Shown one piece after another: positions 26,351 to 38,300 of a DNA stretch of 64,000 nucleotides. Position numbers and translations under genes: made by a program. Origin of the DNA: Cycas panzhihuaensis (Eukaryota > Plantae > Cycadophyta); contig CM041465.1 in the NCBI GenBank assembly GCA_023213395.1, forward strand, positions 221,905,741 to 221,969,740, read 5' to 3'. The notes under the pieces were generated by a model, which saw only the letters and a list, made by a program, of their open reading frames with translations, was not told where the DNA came from and did no database searches. Positions within the stretch are counted from its first letter, which is position 1. The number at the start of each line of letters is the position of its first letter.

Positions 26351-29300
26351 GCCTTCTTAGCTACCAATTTCAAATATAAAATCAAGATATATTTTGACAT
26401 AGAAACAAGTGTTAATAAAAGAAGTTATTTTCCAGCATATTATTATCAAAAAAAATTTTAAACTTTTGTGCTTTTAGTTTGCTCATGTACACCGGTTATG
26501 TGCTTTATGCTTTCTCTTCAAAAAAATTTATTTGCATCGTTTAAATGCCTTTCTACTTGGCTTCGTTCTACTTTGGGTTATAGGCACATATATGTTCAAT
26601 GCAGCTTTTACCTTCTCAAAGAAGGAATGATGAGATGGCAATAGCAAGGTGATTGCCTATATTTAAAACTATTATAATGGTGAAGGCACTATGAATAAGA
26701 AATATCAAAGAGGAAACTTATTGTTTCAAAAATATTCTACCAACAACAACAAAGATAGCTTGACAAAAATGAGACTTGATTCAAATATTACCATATGCTT
26801 GTTTTTGTGCTTTCAGCCTTGTAGTAGGTTATAAAAGAGAGATCTAGCTCATCAGATCTCACCACCACACAGGCTCTCAAGGCCTATATGCAAATAGAGC
26901 AAATGTAAAATATAGCAGAAAAATATTTAAAAATTATATATTTATATAAAACACAAAAGATGAGTATTGTGTTTGAAATCTTTTAAATATACTTTGGAGT
27001 TTCACAGAAATTTCTTCAAATAATAACAATAAAAAACATTCAATGGAAGAATATAACTATATAATAGAGCCACAATGAAACCAAGACATTTTTTAAATAT
27101 TTTGAGGAAAGTATATAAAAAAATGTTGGTACTAAGTGCTTTTGAATACTTTTCCCTTTTATTCTATTTGTTATTGTTTTTTTTTTAAGTGATTCAATGG
27201 ACCACAAATAAACCAAAAAAAATTTAGATATATTGAAGAAAATATGTCAAATAAATAAAATGCATATATATATTTGTATCTGAGTTTTTTCAAATGTATT
27301 GAAGCAAATATATCAAAGAGCCAAGAGAAATATATATATATTTAAATCTAAAAATAAAACTGAAGAAACTAGTAATTTAGCTGTAGCAGACTTACAGTAG
27401 AAAAATAGACTTCCAAAGATGAGATCTCCTTCCACACGAATTGAAACTTCAAACAGATTTCTCTAGTATACAGATCTACTATAAAATATAGTTTATTGGG
27501 CTAAATATACACCCAAAATTTGTAGATCTGAAAAAAAACTTGAAAATATGGTCAAATATATAATGAAATAAGTAGATCTAAAGTAAAACTTTAAATAAAT
27601 ACCGCTTATAGCTGAAATCCTACACAGATCTTAAAAATATAAGATAAATAAACAAGAATATGCCAAAAAAATGATAAAATATATAAATCTGAAAGATATA
27701 CAACAGATCTAAAGAGAACTTTGAATAAATATTGCTTGTAGCTGAAATCCTGCATAATTAGAAAAAAGATGAAATATGCTTGAAAAATATCAAATATATG
27801 ATAGAAATATATAAAACTTGTTAATGAAACCTCTGTATAGTGATAAAACTTGATATTTATTATTTTTCAGCTATGCACCTGCATAAATCTAAATAAAATC
27901 CAAAATATGTTTGTTATATCACAAGTATATCTTTAAGAATAATCAAATCTTTAATAAGAAATATAAGAAACTATTGAAAAAACTTACAGAAAATGAATAT
28001 AACCAATATTTCTTGCTTATAAGTAGATCTGCTTCAAAAATGCCAGTAAATCTTTCTTCTTCAAAAAAAAAACTTCAACAATAGATTATAAACCTACTCT
28101 GATACCAAATGTAGGAAATAATATCATGGAGAACAGGGCAGAACATAAAAGAGATAATCAAAACTTCAATACATCATTGTTGCATGAATAAGAATTATTG
28201 TATTCAATCCATTTTATGAAGAGGGTATTACAAATGTCCACAATGAAGGTGGTGTCTAAAGACACCAGAGTTGCACACCCCTCAAATTATATAGTTTGGG
28301 GGAGGAGAGAAACTCCTCAACCCCTAAAATTCAAATAATAATAAAATATTACAAACTTAACTTAAAATAAACTTAACTCAAATTAATTAAACTTATCTTA
28401 TACTTACCTACACATGTTGAGCACCCATGTGTAAATTGATGAAGATGAGGTGTGCACTCCTGGTTGGAAGGTAGGAGAGGGATGATGACTATTAACCCTA
28501 ATACTTTTTATATTACATGATCCTATATTCCATTATCTTTTAATATAGATATATCATCCTCGCTTGCCTTCTTGACACATTTATCTATAAGTTCATCATG
28601 ACTTTTAGTTGAACTTTTTTATATATTTCTTGTAACCTTCTTACTTGCTCCTTTAATTTTTTATCTAATGCTAACAGATTAGCATCACTTACTAGTATCA
28701 TACAAGATTTTTTATGTTTATTTACACTCTCTATGTATAAAGGGGTTCTATGTTCACTCCTTTCAAGTTCTCCATAAGCCCTTACTTACATATATTCTTT
28801 ATAAAAAATAACTTATCTAACATAAGATATAATAGGGGTTTAGAATTTGGCACCATAAGAGGTCCATGTAAACTAGTAATATAACTATATGAGACTTGAT
28901 TATGTCTTTATAATAGAGGAAGAAAACTTTTACTAATCTAAACATCCTCTAAATCCCTGGCCTCTATCTCCAAAATCTCTACCTCGCATCCATTTTTTAA
29001 GTAATTTTCTTTAAGAAGTAATACCCAAACCTTCAAGCAGTCTTCAAGCCTATGATAATCAACTAGATTTAATCTCATTTGTTTAGAAAGCCTATACTTG
29101 TCCCCTTCATACTTGTAAAAATGAGATGTATTACTTTACTCGTAATCAATGGTTTTATAAATTGTACTTATATTATTTCAACCATTCTCATAATGTCTTG
29201 ATGATCTTAACCTTGATACCCTATTAAATAAATACATAAGGATGCACTACTTGGAATACCAATCATATCTTCTATAGGTCTGTATAGAATCTTATTAATG

Positions 29301-32300
29301 TCTACAAGCACTTACTTGGTTAAATTGTCTGTAACCCATAAGTGTATAACCAATGCCTTCACATTCTTCCCTGCCATGGCAAAATAAGATCATTGTATGT
29401 AAATTAGTAATAATGACATGAGTACAACTCACATCATATCATTCCATATTGAATTCCCTATTATGCTTAAGCTTTGTTGTATATTCATTTTGTGTTACAA
29501 GGTTGAATCCTACGAGTGTAAATCTTATTCCTTAGAATAATGCTATCATTCTTCTGCCTTACTTTTAAATATCTTTATTGATGTGATCGATATCAATAAC
29601 TCCATCCATCCCTTAAACCTATTCATTCTAATTCTATACCCCACTTTAACACATTGCATAACCTAAAGTGACAAGGCCCATGAAATGATAATGAAGTATA
29701 ACTATGAAAATGGTAGGGGTGATAATAATATGCAAACCACTTTAGGATGAGTATAAATAATATATGGAGACAATAAGTAAAGTTATGTTTAAAATAAGCA
29801 ATGATAAGGGAGCAATGAGAGTAAGTGTGGTGTTGTATAGCAAATAGTTGAGTAAGATATCTTTAGGTTTGAAGTAAGGAGTATTCTTCTTACAAAAGTG
29901 GCAATTATGGGTTGGGACTTAGGTTATATAAAAAACTTTATAAAAATAAGTATTAAGGAATATTCTCTTAATGAGAATATACTTTCATGAATCATAACTT
30001 AAGATAAATCCATACTCTAGAAAATAAGAGAATATTAAGGATGTGAATATTATACAAGTGGCAAACAATAAAAGATAACAATGTTATGGAAACGACATGG
30101 CAAAGGATGAGTAAATATGAATTTCATGAGGAATAATGTAGTGAATATGATTATTACAAAAATTTAAGAAAATATAGAATGTCTATTATATTACAAGATT
30201 GTTATGCCTAGATGGACAGAATGCTTGTACCCCATGGGATGAGATTAATGGAGAGGTGATGTAAATATTTACATTTATTTGAAATAAATTCTTGGAGAAA
30301 ATGGCATTATCTATGTACTTTAAATATCAGAGGAGGTTGACAAGTTCGTGAGTCAAATCAGTAATCCATATGAGATTTGATGGTGGATTACTGATCACTT
30401 GTAGTAGAAAGGATTTAACAGGATTAGCGGTTATTGGTTTAGGGCTGAAATAAATGGTGATAACTACCAAAGAGATGTGGTGTGAGAGTTACAAACAATA
30501 ACAAAATTATTAGCCAAATGACTATTACAAAATAAGAGAGGGACAATTTTAAAGATAGGTAGCTTAGAGACAAATGCCTATAGAAGAGAATGAAGGTTAA
30601 AATATAAGTATAAATGGTGGTATCCCATGAGAAGGCTATATAAGAATGAAATAAAGAGGCTATAGATGAGAGGTAATCACTAATTTATAAAATCAGAAGC
30701 CAAAATCTGAAACTAGTTGTAATAGGATTATATCCTATTACTCAAATATTCAATAGTGTATTTGAAAGGGAAGAGCCATGAGCCAGAAATATTCTCTCAA
30801 CATATCAATATAAATAATTTACTAGACTTAAGTAGATAAATGTCAATAAAAGTTAATTACTTTTATTGTGTGTGATCAATATAATAATTTTATAATGGAA
30901 GAGCTCTAAAGGTCTAAGCTTTGATACAGCTTGTTATGAACCTAGTTTGTAATTAAGGAGCAAACACCAAGCTTCAATAGGCATACAAGAGTAAAAGGAT
31001 GCTTGGATAGGATAAGAGTCAAATGACTAATTAATTGATTGATAAAAGAACAAGTGATGAAGAGTGTTTACAATTGGGTGCATATTTATATGTATAAAAT
31101 AGGGTTTTTCATAAATGGGTGAAACCATTCAATAAGACCTTTAATAATGATTGATTAATTACTTCTTTTAAGGAGGTTCATAATAGTATAAACTAGAAAT
31201 ATAGGGCAAAGAACATCCAACATGGCTTCCCTAGCTCATCAAATGCATTGAGTATTACACACTCTACTTCTATAGTGCACTATGCTTCATATACCATATA
31301 TTGCAATATAAAATCCTTAGTAAATATAGCGATAATAAAGCTAGCTAAATCTTTGATGTGTAGGGGCAACATCTCAAGAATGCATATTATAATCTCTTCC
31401 AAAGAGTTTATATGAGGGTCTTACATGCAGGAAGTCACCCCATGAGAATATACACTATAATTCATTCCTATATCGACATATCCCATATCAATCTTAATTT
31501 TATGAGACACCACCTCATGTAAGGGCACTTAATATGGGAGCATCATGTGCATGGTGCTACTTATACAAGGGAGTTTTATTTTAGTCTCTCTATATCTTCT
31601 TTTTTTTTGGCAGAATTTTAACTCCTTTGATGAACTCCATCTAGAGGAGATTACCTCTTTACATAATCATCTTATGTAGGGTCATTACATAAGGGGAAAC
31701 TTTGTATTCATATTTACCCCTTTGAATTGCACTCACAACATTTTTACATTACCTGCAGCTAACCCTTTTCCTCATATATGACTAAGATAGCCATCCCCTT
31801 GGGACTTTTGCCCTTAAACTATTATCCAATATAAAAAAAAACCCTCATCCTTACTTCACCATTATTTACAAAATTAGTGGTATAGTTTATATACTTTTGA
31901 ATGAATGTCCCTCTTATAAACAATATGCATCACCTTGTAGACAAGAAAAGAATATCTCACACATTTGCTAAAGTTGAGAGTACTTTTATAGCTTATATTA
32001 CCTCCACTAAATGAGGTAGCCCCCCCAATTAAATAGAATCACTAATCATCTAAGTGTATCATCAAATATTCTATATGACTCACCCAATCTATCAACTAAG
32101 CAACAACATGCCACTACATCTAGGGCATATCCCTTTACTATCATATCCTCAAATCGAGCATGAGTTTCACCTAATACAAAGCCTTATAGAGTTTATATAT
32201 AATTATATTCACTATATCTCCCAAGAATTTAATAAACAAACTATAATAGCCCATTATTCTATATGCAATACAATATGTGTTTTGGATTCCTTTCTATTTA

Positions 32301-32820
32301 AATAAATAAATCGTAATAGTATGCATTACATTATTCACTAGTAATATTCTTTCATTATTTAAGTACAAATTCCTTATCAATATTTTTAAAATAGTGGCAT
32401 ATCATCATGTACACAAAGATTGATGATTGTAATTAAATTAAATAAATATAGTCTACAATATATATAGGCTTATTTAGCATCAACAAAATTATTTATTTCA
32501 TCAACAATTATAGGTTACATATTTGTATTCAATGAATCAATTTGAGGATAGAATAGGAGGAGGAGTCTGTAATAATATAATTCCTAAATTAGGTTCTAAC
32601 CCCCTTAGTATAGTGCCTAAATTAGATAGATAAACCTCCACCCTTAACATGTCAAATACCTAAACTAGGTTCTCCCAATTCTCAACATGTTAAATCTAAG
32701 TTTTAAGCTCCTATGGTGAGTAAAATCCTGTACCTCCTCATGGCCTTCTACTTCTTAAGATTCCAACTCCAATCTAGAATCCATTTAAAGTGGATTCATC
32801 CTAACTCCAAGAATTCAAAG

Positions 32821-32822
<2 letters not shown>

Positions 32823-32880
<58 letters not shown>
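32823..32880. repeat. (TC)29 microsatellite inside the 3' LTR of H
   Basis: Perfect dinucleotide run. Confidence 0.98.
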
Positions 32881-32885
<5 letters not shown>

Positions 32886-33914
32886 ATAAATATATGTATA
32901 TTATAGTAGGTTACTAAGAGGTGTGATTCTTTACTCCTTCACTTTAATTAAGTCTTTATTTCTCTAATTAAATGGAATCAAGCATGTGACAATTCTCTTT
33001 TACTTGATTGTGGTTGTCCTTAATAGCCTTTTCATTCCCCTGCATTATAAATGCACAAACATGGTGAGTAAATAATTATGGCATAACTATCTTATAATAG
33101 GATTTATTCAATAGTTACTAATACCAATAAATTATAGGTAAAATAGTTCTTTTATTTATTATATTCAAAGGAATAAGTATATGCAAAAGAAGTATAACCA
33201 CTTTTAACATATTATATTTCTTTCAAATAAAATATCAATTTCTTTATTAATTATACATTTTAGGTATCTAATATTTTCAACCTCTTCGAAGAGCCTTATA
33301 ATAATTAGTATTCTTGGGATTTTGAATAGCTCTCCTGGATTCCAACCATGGCTCCAGAATTTCACTAGCCATGAACTCAACCAAGGCTCCAAGATACTAC
33401 TAAAGCATGTTCATCCTTTCTTTTCCTTCCATATAGCTAGCATTCAAATAGTAGTAACTTTTCATCCATCCTATGTTTCCTCTTCCCCTTAGCTTCAGGT
33501 TGTCTTTAGTTATTCTTATTTTATTTCATTTATCTCCATAAAATTTCTCTAAGGTTAGTATTTGTAACTTAATCCTAAAACTTATGGATTATGAAGTAAT
33601 TGCATAGGAAATCTATTTTCCAATGATTCATTTACTTTAAATTATTATTACAATTACAAAATAGTCATAGTTAATAGGGAGCATATGGTATAAGGTTCTT
33701 AGAAAATTTATCCTTAAGCTATAGTTAAGGGTTATTCATATACGTTTTGGGCAATATTTGTAGGGTTAAGCCTAATGGTGCTATAAATACCAGTTTAATC
33801 CTTAAATATTTTTCCAAAGAAATAAATTCATATTCGTAATATTTTCTCAAAAAAATAAATTCAGGGGTTATAATTATAGCATTCCTTCTATAGAAACATT
33901 CAATAGTACTTATG

Positions 33915-33915
<1 letters not shown>

Positions 33916-33948
<33 letters not shown>
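33916..33948. repeat. (TA)16 microsatellite
   Basis: Perfect dinucleotide run. Confidence 0.97.
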
Positions 33949-33951
<3 letters not shown>

Positions 33952-34754
33952 CATTACCCTTTTAACATGACCACGTACTATGTCATCACATACCTTTAAA
34001 TGATTTAGACTCTACTTGTACAATATAAGAATACTTAATTAATATCTGTAATTAAAGTTATGTTTTTTCTTTTTCTTTTTAATAATATCATCATGCCATA
34101 TTTATTATCTAAAAATATAAATTTCTAAAAAAAAATTGAAAGGAAACAATAAGAAGAAATAGGGCAAAATCAAGATACTTAAGTGATTTCACCTAACCCC
34201 TTAATTGGAATGCCCTTATCACTAAGGAGGGTTTGATGATAAATCATATAACTTTTTTCTGTTGCTCATTTGATTACTAGTGAGTGTACCATTTATTTTG
34301 TGTTGTAAAATGGGTATGTAAATATGTGGATTTCTCCTCCCCTTAAATGATTCTAACTCTACCAGGATATTTAGTGATTATAATTTGTTGGTTACCCTTA
34401 TAAATGTTAGAGAACATAAAATATACAAATAGGATTAGAGGAATTATTTATGAATACACTAGACTCAAGAGAATAAGCACATAAGATACCATATTTGATG
34501 TGGGAACCTTATAGGGAAAACCTACCATAAAATAATATTATATTCATATTTTTGACAAATCTAAAGTGTAACTTTACAATGGACCTTAGATCTATATTTA
34601 TAGATCATAAGTATACTGAATAATTAGGTTTACGTTTGTTGGCTCATTATAGTATTATATCAACATTATCCATGCATCATATCCCCATATTTTAACATTA
34701 GTCGATATGTAATACTTTTCTAGCATCCCCTCTTAATATAAATGTGGAGTCTTA

Positions 34755-34919
34755 TGAAGGAAAATATATTTGGAAGAACTATGCTCTGATACCAAATGAT
34801 GGAAAAAATATGGAGCCACAATGCTCTGATACCAAATGAAGGAAAATATATTTGGAAGAACTATGCTCTGATACCAAATGAAGGAAATATATTTGCAAGA
34901 ACTATGCTCTGATACCAAA
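34755..34919 (-). repeat. Four tandem 40-42 bp units: LTR terminus + spacer + tRNA-iMet PBS
   Basis: Units 34755-34796, 34797-34836, 34837-34878 and 34879-34919. Each starts TGA(A/T)GGAAA and ends ATGCTCTGATACCAAA. Confidence 0.95.
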
Positions 34920-35314
34920 TGAAGGAAAATATGCTTGCAAACTATGAGCGAAACTAAGCTCTGCACCAGTATTGCATCAAATACATCAGTGTATCACCAT
35001 TACAATAGCATAAACACATGAAAGCCTTGTTGTTCAATCCATTGTAGTAGAATGAGTATTACAAATCTCCTCAAAAGTAGGTGGTATCTAAAGACACCAG
35101 GGTTGTACACCCCTTAACATTTATAGTTTGGGGGACGAGGGAAACTCCTCAACCCCTGAATTCAAATTAATAATAAAATAATACTAACTTAACTCAAATG
35201 AAACTAACTCAACTTACCTTAACTTACCTTGATATGTTGAGCATCACATGTCTAAATTGAGGTGCACAATCCTGGTAGGTAAGAGGGAGTTGAGTGATGA
35301 CATTACACCCAACA
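34755..35314 (-). mobile_element. Solo LTR related to the element C LTR, with a tandem PBS array at its U5 end
   Basis: TG...CA ends and a perfect TSD TCTTA (34750-34754, 35315-35319). Shares blocks with the C LTRs (TCTAAAGACAC, GTT..ACACCCCT, GAAACTCCTCAACCCCT). Confidence 0.9.
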
Positions 35315-38300
35315 TCTTAAAGTCTTCCTAAGGGATTAGTCTATCTTTATCCTTAATGATAGATCCCCTCTCAAGGATAACCTTTCCCAATATACACGAA
35401 TATTGATGAAGCAATCTTCAGTAAGAGCTTAGTGAACATGTCCATAAGTTGATCTCCACTTGGACAAACTTCAACCTACATCTTCCTGATTTAATCTACT
35501 TTCAAATGTAATGTTGTTATGCCTTGTATATGCATAATTTCTTAGAAATGATATAATAATCCCTATAACCATATAACTTTCTCTCGCACTGATAGTTAGT
35601 CTATAAAACTCAGCCATTTTCCTTTGATTAAACTACAAGGTTGAGCCACTTGATCCATGTGAATCTCCTCTTCAAGTCTCTGTTAAGGAATGCTAATATG
35701 ATATGACTCTTAATTATATGAAGTTATTAAAGTAAGGATCAAACAAACCCATAATATAAAGACAAGTGTAAATATCTCCTCATACTTAAATCCTTCTTTC
35801 TGCTTGAAATCCTATACAACAAGCTTTGTTGACTTGCAAACCAACTAGGTTCTATAAGGGAGGTAAGGGACCCAAATCCCATATATCACTCCTCTGTCAA
35901 TGTAGCTCTTCATTATAAATCTTCACTTGCTGGAACATTGGTGTTTATCATGAACTTGACTAGCATGTTGATCATCATTCTTCAATCATCTTGTAGGTCT
36001 TCAACCATCATAGTAGAGTCCTCAATGGTCTTGCTAACTCAAATAAAACATGGGATTGCAATATGTATCTCTTCAAACAATGGCTTTTTGTCATCACTCC
36101 CATTAGGCCATGATTTCATCTCAAATATAATGTTAAGCAAATAAACCTCCACACCTACTGAACCATGGCTCAGAAAAGAGAAGAAATGAAGGATAAAACC
36201 TATATTTAGATTACACTCAATATGATATGTTATAAACTCTTCAACTTGATATCTAGACTAATCACAATGCTCTCCCCCTACAAATCACACTATTTGTAAG
36301 CTTTGTTATAAAACACCCCATTCACTTTAGACTCTTGCAATTATGCTGCTACAATCTTCATCTAAGATGTATGCACTCTAATGCACCTTAAGAATCAAAT
36401 GGAAGGTTTCTGACTAATCTAATACACAATGGGGGATAATCCACAAACAACTTTAGAAAGGGGCCCATAGAATAACTATCACAATAGCTTTTGTTACAAA
36501 ACATGAGAGGGAAACTCATATAATATACCAAACACCTCCTCATCTACATCATGGTACCTACAACTTAATCTAATAGGGATACATAGGACAACCAACTTTT
36601 GTTCCATACCATGACAAAGGCAGAACTGATTTTAAGACTTCTTGTCATAAACCTTTCCATTCACACTTCAATTTCATATAAATACACTATCAATTCTTCA
36701 TTAGACTCATTTAGACGTGCATACAAGTTGAACTAGCATCAAACATGCAATAAACCCTCATGTTAACATCAGTCCAACCACCCAAAGTATAACAATCCAC
36801 CACAAACAGATAACCACTTATATAAATAGGCCAATAAATAACTAATTCTAAACTTCTTTATCACATTCATCTAATGAAAAAGAACTCTAATATAACTGAA
36901 TAAAACATCATTTTATAATAAATAAACCACATTAATATAACATATATGCAATGATCTATAAACCACTCTAGAGTTTGTATATCCTGCAACTCGAGTATCT
37001 TTATCATACTCACCCTTATTCACCCTACTATCAATCAACAAAATACAACACTGACATTGATAGCTCTCGCCCATCAAACTCTTTTATGTAAACACATGAA
37101 AAGAGCTTACAATCACTTCATATCACCATTGAGTCACTACCTTTGCCATTAATGCCTTAAACACACTACTTTGCTAATCATAACAATATGCCCTCTTGAT
37201 TAAAGTATAATCTCACACCCAATAAAGAATGGATATCAACCACCTACTTGATATATCAAAGGTCTCTTTAATCCCATTCAAATAAATAATAATATGACTT
37301 GATAAAGCTTTGAATCAAGGGGTAAGAAGCCTTAATAAAAGGCAACATATGTAACTTAATCAAACGATGATCAATAATAAAAATTGGTTTTGATAATAAA
37401 GTGACTTGATGATTTAATATATCATCAAAGGTAACCTTAACCAATATATCAAATATAACATTGGTATATCATATGGGCAACTTTAGTAAATTATGTTGGC
37501 ATCATTAATAAATAAATCATCAAAGGATGATCTTTATATATTAGATGGCAATGCAATTATATAATACAACCGGAGATATAATTCACAAGCAACGTAACTA
37601 AGTAAATACCATAATGGGTGACTTCAATCATTGAATACAATATGGCTAGGCAACACAATATATAAATACACAAATAAAAAATGGAACAATATTTCATTAA
37701 ATATATCAAAAATAGCCTAAGCACCAAACATATAATCACATAGCAAATAAATTAATGGCTACTAATTATATAAATACTTCACAATATATTATTCATATGG
37801 GTGACTGAATAAAATTGAATGGCTAACTAAATCATCAGTAAGCGACTTTAATATATGAAAATAATTCAACAACAAGCTTCATATCTTATGTGGCCAAATA
37901 CATATTCATATGATCATGAAATATTAAACCTTAGATTAACAGCTACAACTATTACATCTCCAATAGTTAAGTTATTATTTCAAACCAGGTTATAGAAATA
38001 TCAATTGGCAGACTTTATATATACGGGCAATTATATTTCAAAAAATATATTAAAGAGTATACCTTAGAATTATACCATAAATATTATGACTCTATTGTAA
38101 TCACCAAGATTATTTGTCTTTTATGGGGCTCTATAATTGTTAACTATATACATGGCTTCTCTCTATATACAAATGGCCTCTATTGCTTCTCAACTACTCA
38201 ACGGGTACCAATATGACCTCCATACAATCCTAGGACATCTACTCTTCACAAGGATTGTAACCAAACACTCCACCAGTGGCTATGCATCTTAACTCAAGTG

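Larger units (their letters stand above)
22345..28503 (-). mobile_element. Non-autonomous (LARD-like) copia-derived element C carrying host gene fragments
   Basis: LTRs 22345-22724 and 28110-28503. Perfect TSD CTTTT. PBS complement ACTCTGATACCA at 28096-28107. PPT TTCTCCCCCTT at 22725. No pol seen; only a gag N-terminal relic. Confidence 0.92.
21050..31185 (-). mobile_element. Degenerate, internally deleted Ty3/gypsy-like element F (hosts element C)
   Basis: LTRs 21050-21304 and 30932-31185. Perfect TSD GTATA. PBS complement gctttgataca at 30918-30928. Weak integrase remnants at ~28830-29450. Confidence 0.8.
20972..31392 (-). repeat. Older LTR (element G), split by element F into 20972-21049 and 31191-~31392
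   Basis: Starts TGTTATGAA like the F LTR. A PPT-like TCTCTTCC follows at ~31393. The internal sequence beyond it is very decayed. Confidence 0.35.

Noticed and set aside
34755-34919. CRISPR array
   Set aside because: The repeat is a tRNA-iMet PBS plus LTR terminus inside a plant solo LTR. The spacers are short and related to each other, and there are no cas genes.
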